DNA of 64,000 nucleotides from Waddlia chondrophila WSU 86-1044 (GTDB lineage Bacteria; Chlamydiota; Chlamydiia; Chlamydiales; CAMCWV01): NCBI GenBank assembly GCA_945882915.1, contig CAMCWV010000002.1, positions 43,821 to 107,820 of the forward strand, read 5' to 3'. Shown piece by piece: positions 1 to 7,946 of this stretch (position 1 is its first letter; each line of letters starts with the position of its first letter). The notes under the pieces were generated by a model. It saw only the letters and a program-made list of their open reading frames with translations, ran no database searches and was not told where the DNA came from. The position numbers and the translations under genes were made by a program.

Positions 1-229
1 ACATCAAAGAGATGTGATAGAGCGGGCTGGAATATATAGTAAATTTTAAGATATACGAAAGAACAAGAAATATAGCCGCAAGGATTGAAGCCTTCAAAGA
101 AAGGTTCTTCCCCCAGCTTCGCGAGCTAGGAATAAGAAATGGACTAATGTGCTCTTCTTTGCCAGAAGCGAAGAACTCATTAAAAAGAATCGGGTGCTCA
201 GCACGGGACTGAGAATTCGTGGTATCCAT
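1..229 (-). CDS. partial ORF (5' part only, continues past window start); putative membrane protein
   Basis: ATG at 229-227 on the minus strand. The frame stays open for 76 codons to position 1 (MDTTNSQSRAEHPILFNEFF...ILAAIFLVLSYILKF, hydrophobic stretch). It is missing from the ORF track because there is no stop in the window. It starts 17 nt after the preceding co-directional gene. Confidence 0.3.
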   Translation of the reverse strand, partial: MDTTNSQSRAEHPILFNEFFASGKEEHISPFLIPSSRSWGKNLSLKASILAAIFLVLSYILKFTIYSSPLYHISLM

Positions 230-246
230 TATTGCTACTTGTAGTT

Positions 247-987
247 CTATTTGAGAAGTTGAAGGAAAAAGTAAACAGCGCCAAGAGAAATCGTGCCAGT
301 CGCAACATTCCAAACAGCAGCGTCAATCAGGCGGTTTTTTTCATACTTAGCCGATATAATAGCAGCGGCAATAATCATTGCAGCAGCGCCAATAGGAAGG
401 CCTAAATGAGGATAAATCCACAAGGCAGCCACACTAATAACGGCAACGCCCATAACGCCTGCAGCAGCACCTAAAGCCTGTTTTAGAGGGTGCTCGTACG
501 CTTCTAAAGCAAGGCCCAGCTCCTCTTCTAGCATAACGCGCAGCAAACGGTCACCATCGGCCATTAAAACATCCATTACATCTTCAAGAAGCTTTCCCTC
601 AAATCCCTTTGCCCTGTAAAGCACCTTGAGCTCTTCGCGCTCTTGCATCCGGTGATGTTCAATCTCCCAACGCTCCTCATCAATCACCCTGTGAAGCCTC
701 TCAAGACGAGACCATCCAAGCCATGCGCTCCTTCCTGTCTTCCAAAAAAGCAAGCCTATACCCACCACAAAAAAGACATTCATCATCAGAGCAAAAGCTA
801 CAGAAAAATGAGAAAGAATTAACCATAAAACAATGAAGATAACAGCTGTTTCCCGGCCAGCATCAGCCGCTGCAGAGATATGCCCAGGAATTTCTGTGCC
901 ATGTGACTCAGAGAGAGACACAACCCCCTCAGCTCGCTTGGAGATGACATGGCTTAAGGGATCTTTATCTTCAAAATGTGAAGCCAT
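247..987 (-). CDS. VIT1/CCC1-family (DUF125) membrane protein, putative iron/manganese transporter
   Basis: 246 aa. A cytoplasmic helical segment (ERWEIEHHRMQEREELKVLYRAKGFEGKLLEDVMDVLMADGDRLLRVMLEEELGL) lies between hydrophobic helices, the typical VIT1 layout. Confidence 0.6.
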   Translation of the reverse strand: MASHFEDKDPLSHVISKRAEGVVSLSESHGTEIPGHISAAADAGRETAVIFIVLWLILSHFSVAFALMMNVFFVVGIGLLFWKTGRSAWLGWSRLERLHRVIDEERWEIEHHRMQEREELKVLYRAKGFEGKLLEDVMDVLMADGDRLLRVMLEEELGLALEAYEHPLKQALGAAAGVMGVAVISVAALWIYPHLGLPIGAAAMIIAAAIISAKYEKNRLIDAAVWNVATGTISLGAVYFFLQLLK

Positions 988-1006
988 AAAACTCCGAATT
1001 AATCAT

Positions 1007-2017
1007 CTAAAAAATGGGCGGCTTCGCCTTGATTAAAGTGTCGGCCCACTCGGCTATGGAAAGACTGCTAGCACTCACAGAGACCGCTTTTTGCGCACGC
1101 TGCTGCAGGCTGTACTCATAAGCTGCATCGTAATACTCCATCAACACTTCTAGCCCCGCAGGGTCCCAAGGATCAATACAGCTAATAATTTTCTGCGTCC
1201 TCGCCCCACCTAACTTTTTGCGCAGCCTTTCTGTTGCTGCAATAAGCAGATCTTTATCCATATGCGCATAGTCATCAACAAGCATACGAAACCGCTCACT
1301 CTTCGGTCTTTCAACCTTCAACATCGGAGCTGCTGTTATCTGATCAAAAAGCGTGTTTGGTATTCGACACAGCCCGATCATCCGGCTCTCGTCTTCTATC
1401 CAAATAGGCCTCGATGAATCAAAAGCTGCCCACTGAACAGCGACTTCGTTCTCAAACTGCTCGTTAGATGGCTGTGGAGGCTGCCCAATCATCCCAAAGC
1501 TAGATCCTCGATGATGGGCTATCCCCTCCAAATCAAGAACCTGCTCGCCACGCTCTTTTAAAATGTGCAAGATAGCTGTCTTTCCACTCCCAGTATAGCC
1601 ACCGACAATGCATAGGAGGCGACGTACCTCTAAAGCCTTCAGAGCCCATGAACGGAAAGACTTATAACCACCCTTCAGCGTTAAAGTCTTAAGCCCCAGA
1701 CTCTGTAAAAATTGAGCAACTGAGGAGCTTCTCATCCCTCCCCGCCAACAATGGATCTTTGCAGGAAGCCCGCCAGTAATCCTCTGCGTTTCCTTAAAAA
1801 TATGGGCTATTTTTGGCCCGACAATCTTCAGGCCAAGCTCTATAGCCTCCGCCTGACCTACTTGCTTATAAACAGTACCAACTGCCACCCGCTCCTCATC
1901 AGAGAAAAGAGGCATGTTATGCGCCCCAGGAATCCTCCCTTGGGCATATTCCCCAGGGCTCCTAACATCCAAAACAATCCCAGGTGCAGAAAGAAACTCA
2001 TTAATGGGTAGGGACAA
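1007..2017 (-). CDS. selU: tRNA 2-selenouridine synthase (rhodanese + P-loop)
   Basis: 336 aa. Rhodanese domain with active-site CWRGGMRS, Walker A GGYTGSGKT, and DLEGIAHHRGSSFG / WIEDESRMIG blocks that line up with E. coli YbbB/SelU as I recall it. Confidence 0.85.
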   Translation of the reverse strand: MSLPINEFLSAPGIVLDVRSPGEYAQGRIPGAHNMPLFSDEERVAVGTVYKQVGQAEAIELGLKIVGPKIAHIFKETQRITGGLPAKIHCWRGGMRSSSVAQFLQSLGLKTLTLKGGYKSFRSWALKALEVRRLLCIVGGYTGSGKTAILHILKERGEQVLDLEGIAHHRGSSFGMIGQPPQPSNEQFENEVAVQWAAFDSSRPIWIEDESRMIGLCRIPNTLFDQITAAPMLKVERPKSERFRMLVDDYAHMDKDLLIAATERLRKKLGGARTQKIISCIDPWDPAGLEVLMEYYDAAYEYSLQQRAQKAVSVSASSLSIAEWADTLIKAKPPIF

Positions 2018-3278
2018 TTTTATCTACCCCAATAGCCGCTCGAAGCACAGGAGGAATGGTCACAGAACCATCTGCATTCTGATTGTTTTCTAAAATAGCC
2101 ACCATCAGCCGTGACGTAGCCACACCAGAACCGTTAAGCGTATGAACAAACTCTGGCTTGCCTCCCTTCCGGCGGAAACGAGTCGTCGAACGGCGCGCCT
2201 GATAGTCGGTACAGTTAGAAACTGAAGAGACCTCGTAGTAGCGATCTTGCCCTGGCAGCCACACTTCAATATCCACAGTTTTTGCAGATGCAAATGAAGT
2301 ATCTCCCGTTACAAGGCACATGTTGCGATAGTGCACGCCTAAGCCCTGCAACACCTCTTCAGCACTCTCAATCATCGCCTCAAACATAGCATCGCTCTCT
2401 TCAGGCTTAGTGAAGCAAAACATCTCTACCTTGTTGAACTGATGAACTCGAATAAGCCCACGCTCCTTACTCCCCGCAGCCCCCGCCTCACGTCTAAAGC
2501 AAGGCGTATAAGCAGTATACTTAAGCGGAAGAGCTTCTTCAGGAAGGATCTCATCGTAATGAATTCCATTAAGCGCCACTTCGGCTGTAGGAATCAGGTA
2601 AAGATCGTAATCTTCGTCTTTAACTCTAAAAACCTGATCCCCAAACTTTGGCAGCTGTGAAGAGCCAAACAAGATCTCTGGACGGGCTACAAGCGGCGGA
2701 ATCCACTGCTCAAATCCGTTTTTAATATGAATTTGGAGCATGTAATTGATAAGCGCCCACTCAAGACGGGCCCCAAGACCACGGTACAAAGGCCACCCCG
2801 CGCCAGAAAGCTTAGCCCCACGCTCAAAATCAAAAAGCTTAAGCTTCTCGTTGAGCTCCACATGATTTTTAAAAGGAAAAGTAAAAGAAGGCTTATGCCC
2901 AACAGATTTTAAACACTCACTTGCCTTAACATCATAAGAAACTTTAACGCCCGGCATCACCAAGTTAGGCAGTCGTCCCATCTGGTCTAGAAGACGCTCT
3001 TCAAGCTCTTTCAACTCCTTATCCAAAATAGAAACCCTATCACCCATCCCAGCAACACGCTCCATCAAAGAAGCTGTATCTTCCCCTTTCCGCTTCAGCT
3101 CTCCAATTTGCTTAGAAGCCGCATTGCGCTCAGACTTAAGAGCTTCTACATCTACTTTTATTTCACGAACACGCTTATCCAAAGCCACAATAGGAACTAA
3201 GCTGATATCCTTGTCTTTTCTTTTAAGATTCGCCTCAACGGCGGCTTGATTTTCTCGTATTCTTTGGATGTCTAACAT
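2001..3278 (-). CDS. serS: seryl-tRNA synthetase
   Basis: 425 aa. N-terminal coiled-coil arm and class II core (FRREAG, GSGVATSRL). The 3' end overlaps the selU start by 17 nt. Confidence 0.95.
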   Translation of the reverse strand: MLDIQRIRENQAAVEANLKRKDKDISLVPIVALDKRVREIKVDVEALKSERNAASKQIGELKRKGEDTASLMERVAGMGDRVSILDKELKELEERLLDQMGRLPNLVMPGVKVSYDVKASECLKSVGHKPSFTFPFKNHVELNEKLKLFDFERGAKLSGAGWPLYRGLGARLEWALINYMLQIHIKNGFEQWIPPLVARPEILFGSSQLPKFGDQVFRVKDEDYDLYLIPTAEVALNGIHYDEILPEEALPLKYTAYTPCFRREAGAAGSKERGLIRVHQFNKVEMFCFTKPEESDAMFEAMIESAEEVLQGLGVHYRNMCLVTGDTSFASAKTVDIEVWLPGQDRYYEVSSVSNCTDYQARRSTTRFRRKGGKPEFVHTLNGSGVATSRLMVAILENNQNADGSVTIPPVLRAAIGVDKIVPTH

Positions 3279-3439
3279 TCTCTTTCTCCCACATGGTCAA
3301 GCCCAAAATATAAGGCCTTTCCCCCTAAAAAGTCAATCCCAGGAGCTTTGCTCCTGGACCTCAACAAAGGAGCGGGAGCCCCTTTGGAAACCCACTTCAC
3401 TATCCCTTAACAAACCCTTATCATCGACTCCATCTAAAA

Positions 3440-4096
3440 CCCAGACCGAGACGGCCTAGTGGTCTGTCAATATTGAAATTACGGGTGTGCGGCGCGAAAG
3501 CTCCGGGGCTTTGGCCTTGTCATTACCCACATTTTTAGGCCTTTTTCTTTCTCTCACGTTCTCTCACGCCTCTGTGTTTCAAAAATCTTAATATCTGTTT
3601 TTTGAAACACAGAGGCGTGAGAGAACGTGAGAGAAAAACAAGAGAAAAGAGAAGGGGACGCGGAGTTGGTGGTTGTTTTTTAGAAAACCGCGCAAGCGTT
3701 AGTTAAGCGGCAAGGCCGTGGCAGATGTTAGCCGTAGGTGACTGAAAGGAACCTACGGAAATGCCGACAAATAAAAACCATAAGCCGCGGACAGCGGCGG
3801 CAGATAGTTTGTCGTATCGCCACTGCCGTGGCTCAGAATCTAGGGATGAAGATTCCGTAGGTTCCCTTCAGTCACCTACGGCTAACATCTGTCACGGCCT
3901 TGCCGCTTAATTGCCGCTTACGCGGCTTTCAAAAAAGTAACGCTGCCCTACGCAGGGAGCGAAAGCGTTCAGAGGGACGAGAAATAATTTGGACTTGACA
4001 ATTCACACAGCAGAGAAATGAAAAGGTCTAAAATGTGAGTAATGACAAGGGCTTTGGCGCCGTCCAAATTCCTGTTTTCAGCTAAGAGGAGTATAG
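3440..4096. repeat. composite nested repeat: R2 fragment + variant R1 left arm + R6 element (containing R3 hairpin and R7 inverted-repeat element) + R1 right arm
   Basis: 3440-3456 R2 fragment cccagaccgagacggcc. 3459-3514 variant R1 arm gtggtctgtcaatattgaaattacgggtgtgc..gcgaaagctcc. 3515-4050 R6, bounded by ccttgtcattacccacat / atgtgagtaatgacaagg. Inside R6: R3 hairpin at 3547-3645 and R7 at 3683-3930. 4051-4095 R1 right arm ending ..cagctaagaggagtata. Confidence 0.8.
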
Positions 4097-4118
4097 TCGA
4101 TTAAGGTGTAGGTGGCGT

Positions 4119-4595
4119 CTAAATGCGGTTTTTGCCGAATTCTTGAGCCTTAATAAGAACCTCGTCAAAAGTCATCTTACCAGTGGCTACTGAAGCAATT
4201 CCATCAACAAAAGTTTCAGAAACTTTTCGGAGTGTTTCTAAAAAGGCACTGATGTGGCCTGCTTCAACACGTCCCTCGTGACTTGGAATCACATAACGGA
4301 AAAAAATAAGCTCAGACGCTTCATCTAAACAAAAGCCAGGAACGTCTAATTCTCTATTCAAAAGGTGCAATAACCGAGCTACATCAGGGGCAGCTGCCTG
4401 CTTTGATTCAAAAGGGAAATAGACGAGCATGTTAAGAAGAGAGTCGCCGTTCAATGCACGAATAAAAACAGGAAAGTCTAGCTTTGAATGCTTGAAAACA
4501 AAATGTATTTGCTTATGTTCTTCCTGAAGTTCTGGTGCAAACCCCTGATCCTTCAGATAAGTAATAATCGAATTCATGTTTAGAAGAATAGACAT
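4119..4595 (-). CDS. YbjN / type III secretion chaperone-like protein (tentative)
   Basis: I prefer the internal start MSILLNMNS (ATG 4595-4593), which has AAGGA 5 nt upstream. About 158 aa, acidic, with a size and alpha/beta pattern reminiscent of the YbjN/CesT-type chaperone fold. Lies immediately downstream of csrA. The family call is from memory only. Confidence 0.4.
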   Translation of the reverse strand: MSILLNMNSIITYLKDQGFAPELQEEHKQIHFVFKHSKLDFPVFIRALNGDSLLNMLVYFPFESKQAAAPDVARLLHLLNRELDVPGFCLDEASELIFFRYVIPSHEGRVEAGHISAFLETLRKVSETFVDGIASVATGKMTFDEVLIKAQEFGKNRI

Positions 4596-4672
4596 AATTG
4601 TCCTTAAATATTTGAAGAAATAACAATAACCATAACTATACAATGGATCCAGGTATGACGCCAGTATATACT

Positions 4673-4948
4673 TTAGTCAGACTCTGTCGCAGAAGTTGCG
4701 GGGATTGCTTTGTCCATCTTAAAATTAAGTGTTTTAGCAATCGAACGGACATCATGAGAATTTTTATCTGTTGCACCGCCTGCATTAGCCTGCTCAATGG
4801 CCTTAACAAGCTCTTCGCGCAAGATGCGCGTTTCTTTGGGAGCTTCAATACCAATAGAGACCTGGTTTCCTTGGATCTCTAAAATGGTAATAACGATTTG
4901 CTTCCCAATTCTGATTTTTTGCTCAGACTTCCGTGTCAGCACCAACAT
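4673..4948 (-). CDS. csrA: carbon storage regulator CsrA (with C-terminal extension)
   Basis: Start MLVLTRKSEQKIRIGKQIVITILEIQGNQVSIGIEAPKETRILREEL matches the CsrA consensus (MLILTRR..E.I.IGD.I.ITVL...GNQVRIGI.APK...I.REE). GGAGG lies 11 nt upstream of the ATG at 4948. The longer track ORF (to 5014) is an upstream extension. Confidence 0.8.
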   Translation of the reverse strand: MLVLTRKSEQKIRIGKQIVITILEIQGNQVSIGIEAPKETRILREELVKAIEQANAGGATDKNSHDVRSIAKTLNFKMDKAIPATSATESD

Positions 4949-5020
4949 GGTATATGGCTCCTCCAATTCATTGCGAATGCCTTTCTTTCTTAATGCAAAG
5001 CATTCATTCTCCACAAGTCA

Positions 5021-5212
5021 TTAGTAACTAACGCCTGGAGTCAGGCTTTCAGCGCCATTTCCCTTAATAATATTAGGATTATTTGTCACAGGAGTTGTTT
5101 GTAAATAATCATCGGCAGGCATCTCGTATAAGCATCCAGTCGCCATGCAAAGCACCATCGCAAAACACAAAAACCTTAATAACCCCATTGAAAACCGCTT
5201 TGACAAGTACAT
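5021..5212 (-). CDS. small putative lipoprotein
   Basis: Start MYLSKRFSMGLLRFLCFAMVLCMATGC (signal peptide plus lipobox-like ATGC), with AAGGTGG upstream of the ATG at 5212. The rest of the 137-aa track ORF upstream is translation of an R1 repeat. Confidence 0.35.
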   Translation of the reverse strand: MYLSKRFSMGLLRFLCFAMVLCMATGCLYEMPADDYLQTTPVTNNPNIIKGNGAESLTPGVSY

Positions 5213-5355
5213 TTCGACCACCTTGAATCTCATTGAAATATCCGAACGTACCAATTGTAGACGATTCCTATTCCTTGTTCCAGAAAAAAGAACCATCACA
5301 CAATTCTTGCATTTTAATGCACCCGTCCGCTCTGATGGAAGACTTTTAATTCTTA

Positions 5356-5428
5356 ATACACTCCTCTTAGCTGAAAACGGGAATTTGGACGGCGCCAAAG
5401 CCCCGTTTTCAGCTAAGAAGAGTATATA
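5356..5428. repeat. R1 short form (about 73-bp hairpin)
   Basis: atacactcctcttagctgaaaacgggaatttggacggcgccaaagccccgttttcagctaagaagagtatat. Confidence 0.85.
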
Positions 5429-5475
5429 CCTCACTTATAGAAGAACAGGATAGATACAAGGAAAAGCAAGTGTTT

Positions 5476-5529
5476 GCTTCTCCAGAAGGTAACCAGGCCG
5501 TCCCGGCCTGGTTACCTTCTGGAGAAGCA
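5476..5529. repeat. R2 short form hairpin
   Basis: gcttctccagaaggtaaccaggccg tcc cggcctggttaccttctggagaagc, a perfect 25-bp stem located just upstream of the exonuclease gene. Confidence 0.8.
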
Positions 5530-5552
5530 AAATTAAATGGGAGTGCAAGCAA

Positions 5553-6284
5553 GTGACTTGGCGAGCTATTTATTACGACACCGAGACAACGGGTGTTAAA
5601 TCTGACAGAGACCGAATTATTGAAATTGCAGCCTACGATCCTGTGCAAAATCGCTCGTTCGTTTCGTTAGTGAATCCAAGCATTCCTATTCCCGCAGAAG
5701 CCACTGCTATTCACCACATTACCGATGAAATGGTCCGGTCAGCTCCCTCTTTTCGCGAGGTGGCCGTGCAGTTTACTGCTTTCTGTGAAGGAGACACCGT
5801 CCTTGTAGCTCACAACAACGACTCTTTTGATTTGCTATTCTTAAAGGCAGAATTTGCAAGGGCTAATATTGAGTTCCCAAAGTGGCGCTTTATTGATTCT
5901 CTAAAGTGGGCACGCAGATACCGAAAGGACCTTCCAAGACACACCCTGCAACATCTGCGAGAAACTTACGGGATCGCCTCAAATAATGCCCACCGAGCAA
6001 TGGATGACGTGATCGTCTTGCAGCAAGTCTTCTCAAAAATGATCGATGACCTGCCTCTTGAAACTGTTTACGGCCTGCTTTCAAAGCCAATGAACGTAGC
6101 TACCATGCCATTTGGAAAGCATCAAGGACTCCCTCTTAGTCTCGTCCCTCGTGACTACGTCGCGTGGCTTGACAAAAGCGGCTCTTTCGATAAGCCCGAC
6201 AATAAAGAACTAAAAACTGCGTTTGAAAAAGCAGGTCTTTTAGGTGCAGGATCCAAAGACAAACCGCCGCAGGGGGGCCAATGA
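5553..6284 (+). CDS. DnaQ/DEDD-type 3'-5' exonuclease with C-terminal DUF3820-like domain
   Basis: GTG start. Exo I motif YYDTETTG, Exo III HRAMDD, and a C-terminal MPFGKHQGLPLSLVPRDYVAWL motif. Confidence 0.75.
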   Translation: MTWRAIYYDTETTGVKSDRDRIIEIAAYDPVQNRSFVSLVNPSIPIPAEATAIHHITDEMVRSAPSFREVAVQFTAFCEGDTVLVAHNNDSFDLLFLKAEFARANIEFPKWRFIDSLKWARRYRKDLPRHTLQHLRETYGIASNNAHRAMDDVIVLQQVFSKMIDDLPLETVYGLLSKPMNVATMPFGKHQGLPLSLVPRDYVAWLDKSGSFDKPDNKELKTAFEKAGLLGAGSKDKPPQGGQ

Positions 6285-7102
6285 TCCTCCCCGCTGCCTT
6301 TTCCCCATGTCCCAACGATACCTTTTTATTTCACGCTTGGGTTTCTGGTAACGTCGGCGGAGATATTTCTCTTCTTCCCGTACTCGCAGATATTCAACAG
6401 CTCAATGAGTGGGCTTTAAAGGGTAAGTACCCTTTTTCTAAGGTCTCCTTTGGCTGCCTTGGACAGATTCTAAACGACTACATTCTTCTTCCAGTAGGGG
6501 CTGCTCTTGGTCGGGATTGCGGCCCCAAGATCATTGCGCGCAAACATTTCCCCCTTTCTGAGCTCTCCAAAAAAAGCATTGCAATCCCAGGAAAGCTCAC
6601 CACTGCCCACCAGCTCTTAAGGATTCTTGTTCCAGCCCCTAAAAGTAAACACTTTTGCCTTTATCACGAGGTTCCTGCACTCATCCGCAAAGGAGCCATC
6701 GACTGCGGCGTCATCATTCACGAGCAGCGCTTCACCTACCAAGAGCAGGGGTTTGTAGAAATTGCCGACCTAGGAAAACTTTGGGATGCCCACTTCGCCT
6801 GCCCGATCCCCCTCGGAGGGCTTGTCGCTAAACGGAGCCTTGGCTTTTCGGTCTTGCGAAAGATCACCTATGCAATCCAAGCCTCTCTCAGAGCTGCCCG
6901 CGCCGATCCAAAAGCTACCCACCCTTACGTTCTGGCCCATAGCCAAGAAAAAAAACCAGAAGTGGTTCAAGAGCATATCAATCTCTACATCAATCAAGAG
7001 AGCTATCAAATTTCTGATAGTGGAGTAAAAGGAATCGAAATCCTCCTCTCCCTTGGAAGTGAAGAAGCTCTGCCACAACTTCAGTGGCTTTTCGATAGGT
7101 AA
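6281..7102 (+). CDS. mqnD: 1,4-dihydroxy-6-naphthoate synthase (futalosine pathway)
   Basis: 273 aa. N-terminal SPCPNDTFLFHA motif typical of MqnD (VitK2_biosynth family). The start overlaps the upstream stop (ATGA). Confidence 0.8.
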   Translation: MILPAAFSPCPNDTFLFHAWVSGNVGGDISLLPVLADIQQLNEWALKGKYPFSKVSFGCLGQILNDYILLPVGAALGRDCGPKIIARKHFPLSELSKKSIAIPGKLTTAHQLLRILVPAPKSKHFCLYHEVPALIRKGAIDCGVIIHEQRFTYQEQGFVEIADLGKLWDAHFACPIPLGGLVAKRSLGFSVLRKITYAIQASLRAARADPKATHPYVLAHSQEKKPEVVQEHINLYINQESYQISDSGVKGIEILLSLGSEEALPQLQWLFDR

Positions 7103-7105
7103 CCC

Positions 7106-7732
7106 ATGACTAAAACTCGTCTTATTGTCTTCGCAACACTTTGGGAGGCCGAAGGGGCCCTTGACGTCCTACATGCGGCTCCCACCTCATCGCCTTTACT
7201 TTACGAGTGGCCAGGTGGGCTTATTCTAATTTCAGGCGTAGGAGCCATCCAAGCTGCCATTCAAACAACACAACACCTTCCCCACGTAGATGAAGTGTGG
7301 AACTTTGGTATCGTCGGAGCGCTAAACCCCAGCATCTTATTCGGAGAGACAAAGAGGGTCTCTCTTGTAGGCAAACACCTCGACCTTCCTAAAGAAATAG
7401 ACAGCCACTCCAAAGAGTTTGGCAGCAAACACCTTCCAGTCATTGAAGTGCCACCGCTTAATAACTGGAGGCTACTTACTTCAGACTACCCCATTCACGA
7501 CGTCTCGATCCGAGACGCCTTAGCAAGCAAATGGGATGTTGTTGACATGGAAGGATACGGAATTGTTTCTGCAGCAAGAGTTGCAGACAAACCCTGTACG
7601 CTATGGAAGGTCGTCTCTGACCTCTGCTGCGCTGGAGGATGGGAAACAATAGGCAAGCGGAAAAATGAGCTTAATAACAAGCTTGCAGATGCCGTTTGCA
7701 CGGCCTTTGAATGGCAATCTAAAAACAATTAA
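7106..7732 (+). CDS. mqnB: futalosine hydrolase / nucleosidase family
   Basis: 208 aa PNP_UDP-type fold with VVDMEGYGIVSAA. Lies 3 nt downstream of mqnD. Confidence 0.65.
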   Translation: MTKTRLIVFATLWEAEGALDVLHAAPTSSPLLYEWPGGLILISGVGAIQAAIQTTQHLPHVDEVWNFGIVGALNPSILFGETKRVSLVGKHLDLPKEIDSHSKEFGSKHLPVIEVPPLNNWRLLTSDYPIHDVSIRDALASKWDVVDMEGYGIVSAARVADKPCTLWKVVSDLCCAGGWETIGKRKNELNNKLADAVCTAFEWQSKNN

Positions 7733-7760
7733 ACGCAAAGAAGCAAAAGAAATACAAGCC

Positions 7761-7912
7761 GACTTACGTGTTAGTCCTCTCCAGAAGGTAACCAGACCGT
7801 CCTGGTCTGGGATTTCAGACCCAGGCCTACAGCAAACGTTTGCTTGGTGGCAGGTTAGATCCCAGACCGGGACGGTCTGGTTACCTTCTGGAAAGGGCTA
7901 ACGCTTAAGTCC
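7761..7912. repeat. R2 long hairpin element
   Basis: Arms are ctctccagaaggtaaccagaccgtcctggtctggga and tcccagaccgggacggtctggttaccttctggaaag, around an asymmetric ~50-nt centre. Outer arms gacttacgtgttag / ctaacgcttaagtc. Sits between convergent mqnB and queC. Confidence 0.8.
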
Positions 7913-7946
7913 GGATAATCTTTTAACTATTTATCCTGTTCTTGTA

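Noticed and set aside
3268-3459. 63-aa plus-strand ORF upstream of serS
   Set aside because: Its ATG overlaps the serS start region on the opposite strand. It has no SD, a low-complexity S/T/P/K composition, and ends in a repeat block. It is most likely the serS leader or promoter region.
3547-3645. R3 and R1 hairpins as ordinary Rho-independent terminators
   Set aside because: Stems are far longer than typical terminators and the T-runs sit in the loop rather than after the stem. Copies also occur upstream of genes and inside likely operons. Genuine terminator-like hairpins with 3' T-tracts were annotated separately (28228, 42479, 49168).
3440-4096. Possibility that the repeated hairpins form a CRISPR array
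   Set aside because: There is no regular repeat-spacer periodicity. The repeats belong to different families, are nested rather than interspersed with unique spacers of uniform length, and are scattered through the whole window. No cas genes are present.
5145-5453. 102-aa plus-strand ORF, and the upstream two-thirds of the 137-aa minus-strand ORF (5213-5434)
   Set aside because: Both read straight through the R1 palindrome (peptides such as LLAENGNLDGAKAPFSAK recur in several track ORFs on both strands wherever R1 occurs). They are a translation artefact of a repeat. Only the 3' part (5021-5212), with its own SD and signal peptide, was kept.
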